From the NCBI GenBank assembly GCA_000214015.2, contig CAID01000010.2:433626-463867 (forward strand): a stretch of DNA of 30,242 nt. Reading direction: 5' to 3'. Below the pieces are notes generated by a model. That model was not told the DNA's origin, ran no database searches, and saw nothing but the letters and a program-made list of their open reading frames with translations. The translations under genes and the position numbers were made by a program. This document shows, piece after piece, positions 17,201 to 24,928 of the stretch. This DNA comes from Ostreococcus tauri. Its lineage: Eukaryota. Numbering within the stretch: the first letter of the stretch is position 1; every line of letters starts with the position of its first letter.

Positions 17201-17496
17201 GTACTGTCTCCCGGTGTGCGCCCCGATCGCCGCCACGAACGGTCTGAAATACCGCATGAAGGTCACCCCGGGCGCGCAAAAGAAGGGCAAGGCGGCGAAA
17301 CTCGCGATGGACATCCTTCTCCGCGCCCCGTTCGCCACCAAGGATGAACTCGCCGCCGCGCGTCTGGTAAACGACGCCGACACCGCCGTGTCTGCCTCCC
17401 TCCGGCTGCAAGATCTCCATGCCACCCGGTGCGGCGAAGATTCTATCTCAAAATCGTGCCGTCGGCAAGGCCAAGGGCAAGAAGTCCAAGCGATGA
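14256..17496 (+). CDS. NEMF: NEMF / Rqc2 / Tae2 (ribosome quality control complex subunit, NFACT family); needs a +1 frame change near 17391 to reach its conserved C-terminal tail
   Basis: Start MPKRKYTAFDVAASTAAIRRL is NFACT-N-like. Also DLTFGAGDGACHVIVELFGRGNVIVTD, a coiled-coil middle (QRRKAEAQAIARLEKTLRDQKNRVEQLERERELEEQ), and an NFACT-R core WFEKFHWFITSENCLVIQAKDATQAEMILSRYALPGDAFVHADVPQAPVTVVK. An acidic/Lys-rich low-complexity region leads to ...MKVTPGAQKKGKAAKLAMDIL. The main frame runs 14256-17390. The tail LPPSGCKISMPPGAAKILSQNRAVGKAKGKKSKR* is read from 17392 in the +1 phase (stop 17494-17496), and TGTAA follows at 17510-17514. Confidence 0.85.
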
Positions 17497-17573
17497 CGCC
17501 GACGCGTCGTGTAACGATTCGCGACGATTCGCCTCGCGGCACTGCGCGCCTCCGATCCCACACGCGTCCCCCG

Positions 17574-18992
17574 ATGTCGCTCGCGTCGTCGTCCGCGCTC
17601 CGCCCAACCACCTCGGCGCCGTCGCGCGCGTCGACGCGCGAACGCGTCGTCGATCGCGCGCGCTCGACGTCGATTCGTCGTCGTCTCGCCGTCTTATCCA
17701 CGACGAATGAAATCTCAACGCGCGCGCGACGGACGTCCGCGCCGCGCGCGCGCGCGCGCGCGTCGGCACTCGCGGACCCGCACGGGTTGAGCCCCGATCG
17801 CGCCGCGGTCGTCGGGGCGGATCCGGAGGCGTACTCGTGGACGAAACAGTGGTACCCGGTGGCGGTGTGCGACGTGCTGGACGAAACGAAACCGCACGCG
17901 ACGCAATTACTCGGGGTGGACTTGGTGGTGTGGAAGAATGGTACGGGAACGTGGAGTGTGTTCGAAGATAAGTGTCCGCACAGGATGGCGCCGCTGACGG
18001 AGGGGCGAGTGGAGAGCGATGGGACGTTGTTGTGCGCGTATCACGCGTGGCGGTTCGACGGCGACGGGAACTGCACGGCGATGCCGCAGGCGTCGAGCGC
18101 GGAGGAAGAGGCGAGAGTGAAAGCGAACGAGAAGTCGTGCGCGTTCAAGCGGCCGAGTATGGTGGCGCAAGGGTTGGTTTGGGCGTGGGGTGAGAGCGGG
18201 CCGGAGGCGGAGATGGAGAGCGCGATGACGCCGCCGCTGCTCGTGCCAGAGATTGACGGCATCGGTAAGAGCGGGCGCGCGGCGTGCGGTGGATTCAGAA
18301 ACCACTGGCAGGTGCGGGATTTGCCGTACGGGTGGAACGCATTCTTCGAGAACGCGATCGATCCCGCGCACGCGGTCGTGAGCCATCACACGCTCGTCGG
18401 GTCGCGATACGACGATCCTGCGGGTTTCCAGTGCGTCGTCGAGCGTCCTGTCACCTCGGCCGGTGGGTTCCGTTGCGCCATCGATCCCGCGGTACCGCCG
18501 TTCAACACGATCGGGAAGTACGACGCCGAGACGTCGTACGATTTCCAACCGCCCGCTTTACTCAAGATTGACTGGCGACACGAGGGCGGCCGATTCCTCA
18601 CCTCGCACTACTGCACGCCGACGCGACCGGGCTGGTGCCGGCACTTTGTCGTGACGATCGCGCAGAGACGTCACGAAAAAGGTGACGCGATTCGTCAGCA
18701 CCGCTGGTTCAAGTTGAACCTGTTCACGCTCACCTCCCCAGCCTGGCTCACGCACGTGTTGGGGCCGACGTTTTTACACCAAGACATGGTTTTGTTGCAC
18801 CAGCAAGAGAAGATAATCGCGCAAGGGGAGGGGCAAAAGTTGGCAGAAAAATGGAAGGAGCAGGTCTTCACGCCCACGACGGCGGATAAGATGACCATCT
18901 TCTTCTACAAGTGGTTTGAGCGTAACGGGCCGATTCCTTGGGTCGGCGACGCGTCGATGCCGCCCATCGAACGCGACTCGAGCAAGCTCTTT

Positions 18993-19042
<50 letters not shown>

Positions 19043-19568
19043 GCGGAACACCGAGATCGCGATGTACGGTACGGGCGCGGTGGCGGTCGGAAAATTGTTC
19101 TGGGTATTCGCGTCCGTCGTCTACGCGAGCGCGGCGCTCGGGGCGGCGACGAACGGCGGCGCGGGATTGAACGCGCTCGAGTTGGTAAAATCCCTCGACG
19201 GGAGCGTGTACTCTGATTTGTTTTCATCATTTAGTCTCGGCGCGACCGCATTCTTCTTGTGGGGATTCGCGCAAATGTTCCGAACGTACCCGTTTTCGCA
19301 CTCCGAGGACGACATCGTCATGGAGGGAACGGCGAAGATTGGTCTGTCGAACGACGGTCCGAGCGCGTACATCGACTTTGTGGATCGAACGCTCTTCGAC
19401 AGGAGCAAAGATTCGAGCCAAGGGCACAACCGCGGGTGCGAGTGCTCGACGTGCTCGCCGCACTTTAAGGATTTGATTAAATCCACGATGCTCGCCAGGG
19501 CGAAAAACGGCGAGGCGGAGACGGAGACGGAGACCAAGACGGAGGAAGTTCCGGTTATTTCGCGGTAA
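17574..19568 (+). CDS. Rieske [2Fe-2S] non-haem iron oxygenase of the PAO/Tic55/PTC52 family, with transit-peptide-like N-terminus and C-terminal TM segments
   Basis: ATG at 17574 (MSLASSSALRPTTSAPSRAS...). Rieske motif CPHRMAPLTEG...CAYHAWRFDGDGNC. Mononuclear-iron motif ENAIDPAHAVVSHH. Family-typical C-terminal CxxC (HTKYCTHCQGAL), followed by hydrophobic helices (GAVAVGKLFWVFASVVYASAALGAA; LGATAFFLWGFAQMF). It shares its frame with the upstream NEMF ORF only by chance. Confidence 0.8.
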
Positions 19569-19740
19569 TTTCGATCGATCGCACGCTCTCGAAACTTTAA
19601 TTCATTAAACAAACACGCGCGCTGTTTCTCGAAATGTGTTCGTGACGCGGCGACGTGGACGTGGCATCGGGTGTGGTATCGGTGGGGTGTCTTGAATGGT
19701 CTTGGCGTTCGGCGCGAGGCGTCGAACGAAATCACTTCGC

Positions 19741-20496
<756 letters not shown>

Positions 20497-20662
20497 TCAT
20501 TAAATACACATCAAATATCCTTGCGAAGGCTTTTAATTTTTAATCAAAGAGCTTGCATTGAATTCTCCACGTCGCGCGCGCGAGTGCGCGTCGAATACGT
20601 GTCCGACGTTGTCGTGCGTTCCACCCAGCGCGCGCCCGGGGCTTTCGAGCACGCGACGGGGA

Positions 20663-20742
20663 GCGTCGGACGCCGAGCGGCACACCCCGCCGTGATGCGT
20701 CCGCGTCGGACGCCGAGCGGCACACCCCGCCGTGATGCGTCC
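20663..20742. repeat. perfect 40-bp tandem duplication
   Basis: GCGTCGGACGCCGAGCGGCACACCCCGCCGTGATGCGTCC occurs at 20663-20702 and again at 20703-20742 with no mismatch. Confidence 0.95.
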
Positions 20743-20860
20743 GGGGGCGACGCGATGCGAACGCGCGTCATCGACGTCGGCGACGAAGCGGATGCGGCGC
20801 CGCGGCGACGAAGTGTTGTGCAATAGATTTCTAGAAACGACGCGTCTAACGCGAAAAGTC

Positions 20861-22258
20861 CTATGGTTCATCTCCGCCGTCGTGATCGTCTCCGCGCTCT
20901 AACAGTACCCTGTTTAGAAATTCCACGATGGCACCGGACCACTTTTCGCGAATGTGCTTGACGATGTCGTAATCCTCCTTGTTCGAAGCGATGACCAACT
21001 CGGCGTGCGGGACCAAATCCTTGATCGTCATCGCGCTCGAGACTGGGTGCGTGACGTCGCCGCAGTCCCACGCCAAACATAAGACGGGCACGTTCGCCAG
21101 CGCCGCGCGCACGCGCTCGGGTTCGGGGAGGTTCGACTGCGCCGAGCCGATCAACACCTCCACCGCGCACGAGTCGTTCGGATTGGCCAACGGCGGCGGC
21201 GCCGGATCCACCGGTTGATCCCGCGCGGCCTGGAACACGCGTCGAGGCGCGGTGGAGTTTTCTATCGCACCGCCGTCGGCGACTTTCTTCCTGAGCTTTT
21301 TTTTCCTCGACTCGCGCTCTTCGTAACACGTCGGCGGCGTGACGACGACGAGCGCCTTTGGCACGTCGCTCTCGTTGCTCTCGTGCGCGAGCACGGCGGC
21401 CCAAATCGCCGTCGCGCTTCCCAGCGACGTTCCGGCGTACACGATATCGCCGCCGTCGTCCTGACGAATCCGTCGCGCGACCTCGATCATGTCGCTCGCC
21501 CTGGCGTCCCACCTCGCCTCTCGCGCTCGGCGCACGTCGCTCGATTTCCCGTACCCTCTCGCGTTGTATCGCGCCACGGCGATCGACCCGAGATCTTCCG
21601 TGGACCAAAAGTTCCACAACCCCTCCTTATCATCGTTCCACAGATGTCCTCGCATACCGTGTCCCCAAACCACGAGCGGTCTCGCCCGTCTCGCCGGCCG
21701 TCCGTCTCGTTCCCTCGCCGGTCGTCCTCTGACATCCGCCCCGACATTCGTCGTGCACATCTCCAGCTCCCCCCCGTCCTCGCACACCGCCACCACTTCG
21801 TGACAAAAATCAAATTTACCGTACCTCTCACTCCGCACTCGCGTCGCTCGCACCGGTCCGCGCACTTTCCCATCCCACACCTCGCTCGCCCGATGCGCCG
21901 TCGCCGCCGCGAGCGTCGCCGCGTCCTCCGCCTCGGATTCATTCGGGACGTCGTCCGCCTCCTCCCGCAATCGCAGCGCTCTGCGCGCGACGAGGACCGC
22001 TCGAAACACATCATCCGCCACCCGTCGGTCCCGTCGTCGCGGCGTCGGCGGCGTCGTCGTCGTCGGCGTCGTCGTCATCAATCGCGTCGACGCGTCGACG
22101 CGTCGCATCGCGCGCATCGTCGACGCGTTCGGCTCCCGTTCGCTCGCGTGCGCGTTCGCGTCGATCGTCACCGCGCGGGCGAAGAGTTCGAGCGCCTCCG
22201 CGTCGGGGCCGCGCGGTGGGGGCGGCGGCGACGGCGCCGCGGGCGCGCTCGCGCGCAT
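20861..22258 (-). CDS. alpha/beta-hydrolase fold protein (serine hydrolase, specific function unknown)
   Basis: ATG at 22258; 465 aa; stop TAG 20861-20863. Nucleophile elbow GTSLG (VYAGTSLGSATAIWAA). Preceding strand PLVVWGHGMRGH. C-terminal region NVPVLCLAWDCGDVTHPVSS with a candidate His. The N-terminal ~190 aa are low-complexity or unknown. Confidence 0.65.
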   Translation of the reverse strand: MRASAPAAPSPPPPPRGPDAEALELFARAVTIDANAHASEREPNASTMRAMRRVDASTRLMTTTPTTTTPPTPRRRDRRVADDVFRAVLVARRALRLREEADDVPNESEAEDAATLAAATAHRASEVWDGKVRGPVRATRVRSERYGKFDFCHEVVAVCEDGGELEMCTTNVGADVRGRPARERDGRPARRARPLVVWGHGMRGHLWNDDKEGLWNFWSTEDLGSIAVARYNARGYGKSSDVRRAREARWDARASDMIEVARRIRQDDGGDIVYAGTSLGSATAIWAAVLAHESNESDVPKALVVVTPPTCYEERESRKKKLRKKVADGGAIENSTAPRRVFQAARDQPVDPAPPPLANPNDSCAVEVLIGSAQSNLPEPERVRAALANVPVLCLAWDCGDVTHPVSSAMTIKDLVPHAELVIASNKEDYDIVKHIREKWSGAIVEFLNRVLLERGDDHDGGDEP

Positions 22259-22448
22259 GTGTGACGCGTCATCGGTCGTTGGGTGCGGGCGTGGAGGCGG
22301 ACGCGCGAGACGGAGCGAGGCGACGGTCGAGGACGCGCGCGCGGGCGATCGAACGAATTTCGGCGATAGAAGCGGTGATGCGCGCGTGCTTACCGCGTCG
22401 ACGGCGAGCGACGTAAACGCCGACGTCGAGGTCGTTCGAGGCGATGGA

Positions 22449-23135
22449 CTACGCGAGAGCGACGCGTCTGGAGGCGAATCCGACGGCGACGCGAAACGCG
22501 CGGACGCTCGCGCGCGAACTCAGACGACGCGCGGCGGCGCTCGCGATGGACGCGGCGCCGCGACGCGTGGTGGTGGATGCGCCCGATGGTTTCGTCGAAC
22601 GACGACCGGCGGCGACGCCGTGGGCGCTGGCGGAGACGACGCCGCAGTCGCCGACGACGACGTCGGCGGCGGTTTCGCCGCCTCGACTGCCGACGGATTC
22701 GATCGCTCGAACGACGCTCATGCCATCGATGACTTGCCCGAACACGGTGTGCTTACCGTTTAAAAACGGCGTCGCCACGGTACAGATGAAAAACTGCGAG
22801 CCGTTGGTGTTCGGCCCCGCGTTCGCCATGGATAAAATACCCGGACCGAGGTGCTGGAGCGTGAAATTCTCATCCGGAAACGTGCGTCCGTAGATCGACC
22901 GACCGCCCGTGCCGTTATCCGCCGTGAAATCACCACCCTGGCACATGAACTGCGGGATCACTCGATGAAACCGCGATCCGAGGTATCCCTCGCCCTCGGG
23001 CTTTTCGCACAGCGCGCGAAAGTTTTCCGCCGTCTTCGGCGCGACGTCCGCGCGCAGCTCCATCGTCACCCGTCCCAGCTTCGTCGCCGACGATCCGCGA
23101 CCGAGCTGGATGTCAAAGTACACCTTGGGCGTGTC
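22449..23135 (-). CDS. cyclophilin-type peptidyl-prolyl cis-trans isomerase (main exon; initiator ATG lies in an unresolved upstream exon)
   Basis: [10 protein letters not shown]...[23 protein letters not shown]...[39 protein letters not shown]...[41 protein letters not shown]...VVVGDCG is a full cyclophilin domain. The track start at 23123 is GTG. There is no ATG between the in-frame TGA (23156-23154) and the domain. An acceptor-like ACGCAG| ends at 23136. A 60-aa Ala/Arg/Ser tail after GDCG is of uncertain reality. Confidence 0.85.
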   Translation of the reverse strand, partial: DTPKVYFDIQLGRGSSATKLGRVTMELRADVAPKTAENFRALCEKPEGEGYLGSRFHRVIPQFMCQGGDFTADNGTGGRSIYGRTFPDENFTLQHLGPGILSMANAGPNTNGSQFFICTVATPFLNGKHTVFGQVIDGMSVVRAIESVGSRGGETAADVVVGDCGVVSASAHGVAAGRRSTKPSGASTTTRRGAASIASAAARRLSSRASVRAFRVAVGFASRRVALA

Positions 23136-23378
23136 CTGCGTCTCGTCGGTCGTTCAAGTCGCGTCGTCAGTCACGCGTCGTCGAGCGCCGTGACGTTGGA
23201 TCATTCGTGACGTGGCACGTAATCGCGATCGACATCGCGTCCGCGATCGACATCGCGCACCGCTCTGGGCGCCCCGAGCGGACACTCGTACGCCACGGGC
23301 GTCTGCGCCAGCGCGCGAACCTCCTCGGGGTTCATCGTGCTCGAAGACGCGCCCATGGGCGTCGTCAAATGTCGTCAA

Positions 23379-23621
23379 ATGTCCACGCGGGACGATTTGT
23401 GCGCGTTAAAACGCGCGCACGCCCTCGCCGCGCGCGTCGAACCGTGCGCGAACGCGCGCTGCGCGTGCGCGACGTGTGTGTGCGGGCCCGCGTGCGAGTG
23501 CGGGATCCCGGGCGTGGACGACGCGACGCGCGTGACGTGTGAACCGTGCGTGGCGTTCGTGAAGGAACGAATGAAAACGACGACGACGACGACGATGACG
23601 ACGACGACGACGACGACGTGA
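23379..23621 (+). CDS. hypothetical small Cys-rich (metallothionein-like) protein ending in a poly-Thr tract
   Basis: ATGs occur at 23355 and 23379; the track start at 23337 is GTG. Translation: ...EPCANARCACATCVCGPACECGIPGVDDATRVTCEPCVAFVKERMK(T)n. That gives 7 Cys in a 17-residue CxxxxCxCxxCxCxxxCxC core plus CxxC. G/C predominates at third-codon positions, as in neighbouring genes. No homologue is recognised, and the ORF could be a GC-rich artefact. Confidence 0.25.
   Translation: MSTRDDLCALKRAHALAARVEPCANARCACATCVCGPACECGIPGVDDATRVTCEPCVAFVKERMKTTTTTTMTTTTTTT
23577..23618. repeat. (ACG/GAC)n trinucleotide microsatellite, one A/T interruption
   Basis: ACGACGACGACGACGACGATGACGACGACGACGACGACGACG. 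It reads as poly-Thr in the Cys-rich ORF frame and poly-Asp in the frame upstream of the LRR gene ATG. Confidence 0.9.
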
Positions 23622-23635
23622 GGCAGACGCGAGCC

Positions 23636-24817
23636 ATGGAGACGGACGCGCGCGTGGAGGTGCTGTTTCGAGGGAAAACCGCGCGCGTGGCCGTGGGCGA
23701 TGGGTTCGCGGCGGCGACGCGAGAGGCGTTCGCGAATGAACTCGGGACGACGCGCGCGGACCGCATGACGTTTCTCGCGTCGGGCGGCGTGAAAATAAGA
23801 GGCGACGCGAGCGATGAGGCGTTTAGGAGACTGATTGGGAAGCGGAAAGTGATGCTCGTGGTCGGTGATGCGGGGTCGGGGTCGAGGCGGGAGGCGGGCG
23901 GGAGGTCGAGGGGCGCGGAGGCGCTTCGCGAGGCGCGCGAGGCGCGCGAAACCGCGCGGAAACGACGCGAGATAGAGTCAAGGGGTGAACGACCGGTGAC
24001 GACGAGCGATCGATCGAAGGCGTGGGCGCAGACGGGGATCGTGGGCATGCGTGAGATCGGTGCGACGGCGATAGATGAGCGCGTGTTCGCGCTCGGATCG
24101 AAAGTTCGAGTGCTCGATTACGGCGGCAACGCGTTGACGTCCGTCGGCGCGGCCGAGAAAGTGGCGCTCTTGACCGAGGTCTCGCGAATTGTTCTTCGTG
24201 ATAATGCTTTGGGGTCGTCGGGATCGATGCCCTGGAACGCGCTCGCGCGCGCGTCTCAGAGTTTGACGTTTCTCGATTTGAGCGGGAACCCAAATCTCGG
24301 CGCGTCCATGACGGGGTTCGACTCGACGATCGTCTTCTCGTCGCTTCGCACGCTCAATCTCTCTCGGTGCGGATTGACGAATGCGTGTTTAGTGTCGTTT
24401 TCTTTCCCGACGCTTCGCAACGCGTGCGTCGCCGAGAACGCCCTCGCGGAGGCGCTTCCAGAATTCGCCGACTCGGAGCACCTCGAGGTGCTCGACGCGA
24501 GTCAAAACGCGATCACGTCGATTCCTCCGAGTTTCGGCGCGATGCACCGAAAGTTGCATTCGTTAAATCTCGCTCGAAACGCCGTTGAAGCCCACGGCGT
24601 TCCCGCGTCGTTCCTCGCGAACGCCGAAGCGCTCGTGGAGTTTTCGCTACACGACAACCCGTTGTCCACCGCGGCGTTTCGAGAGATTGAGGGCTACGAG
24701 TCGTTCGACGCTCGGAGAAAGACGCGCGCCTCCAAGGCACTGGATGCTAAAGTCATGCTCTCGAAGAGCGTTTTCGACGAGGGCATCGATGCCGATCGGT
24801 TCGAGCGCTTCACGTAA
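23636..24817 (+). CDS. leucine-rich repeat (LRR) protein
   Basis: The first ATG is 23636 (METDARVEVLF...); the track start at 23546 is GTG. Repeats of the LxxLxLxxN type: VRVLDYGGNALTSV, LTFLDLSGNPNL, LRTLNLSRCGLTN, LEVLDASQNAITSIPPSF, LHSLNLARNAV, LVEFSLHDNPL. The N-terminal ~70 aa are of unknown fold, followed by a charged linker. Confidence 0.7.
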   Translation: METDARVEVLFRGKTARVAVGDGFAAATREAFANELGTTRADRMTFLASGGVKIRGDASDEAFRRLIGKRKVMLVVGDAGSGSRREAGGRSRGAEALREAREARETARKRREIESRGERPVTTSDRSKAWAQTGIVGMREIGATAIDERVFALGSKVRVLDYGGNALTSVGAAEKVALLTEVSRIVLRDNALGSSGSMPWNALARASQSLTFLDLSGNPNLGASMTGFDSTIVFSSLRTLNLSRCGLTNACLVSFSFPTLRNACVAENALAEALPEFADSEHLEVLDASQNAITSIPPSFGAMHRKLHSLNLARNAVEAHGVPASFLANAEALVEFSLHDNPLSTAAFREIEGYESFDARRKTRASKALDAKVMLSKSVFDEGIDADRFERFT

Positions 24818-24928
24818 ATAGCTCGACGGTCCATAACGTTGGACCAACGCTTCCGGTAGACGGGTAAACGTAAGAGTAAAGCAAACCGCACCGTAAGTGT
24901 ATTACAAAATTGTCATGGTAGAATTCGT

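Noticed and set aside
17367-17412. A 46-nt intron (GTAAAC...CAAG) as the explanation for the NEMF frame change
   Set aside because: It is much shorter than the other introns inferred here (85-127 nt). It would also delete residues ([15 protein letters not shown]) that align position-for-position with the conserved NEMF tail. A 1-nt frame change fits better. Only transcript data can finally exclude it.
17744-17762. A (CG)n alternating run (about 10 units) as a Z-DNA or regulatory element
   Set aside because: It lies inside the transit-peptide-coding part of the Rieske oxygenase (PRARARAS). It is the kind of run expected by chance in Arg/Ala-rich, GC-rich coding sequence, and nothing points to a specific function.
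13146-19568. A single 2140-aa ORF, the longest in the track
   Set aside because: It is a chimera. Its first ~370 codons are antisense to the PAT1-like gene. The middle is NEMF, starting at ATG 14256. The last 664 codons are an independent Rieske oxygenase with its own ATG and transit-like peptide. The frame stays open only because stops are rare in GC-rich DNA, and NEMF has a better C-terminus in the +1 phase.
21215-22264. Plus ORF of 349 aa opposite the alpha/beta hydrolase, and minus ORF 20868..21617 in another frame
   Set aside because: They are shadow ORFs of the hydrolase gene. Only the 20861..22258 frame contains GxSxG and a coherent hydrolase core.
23154-23156. The in-frame TGA between ORF 23154..23378 and the cyclophilin domain as a possible selenocysteine codon (prasinophytes have many selenoproteins)
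   Set aside because: The upstream in-frame peptide (MTTFDDAHGRVFEHDEPRGG...RRRVTDDAT) looks non-coding. Cyclophilins are not known selenoproteins, the position is outside any redox motif, and I see no obvious SECIS-like structure. A spliced upstream exon is the simpler explanation.
23365-23637. Minus-strand ORF MARVCLT(S)n...RTRSARSRT as a Ser/Thr/Arg-rich transit-peptide exon for the cyclophilin
   Set aside because: Its ATG (23637-23635) lies in the same CCATGG palindrome as the LRR gene ATG (23636), which leaves no room for either promoter. The poly-Ser comes from the microsatellite. Joining it to the cyclophilin exon needs a weak GTTCGA donor and a ~300-nt intron. I keep it only as a remote alternative.
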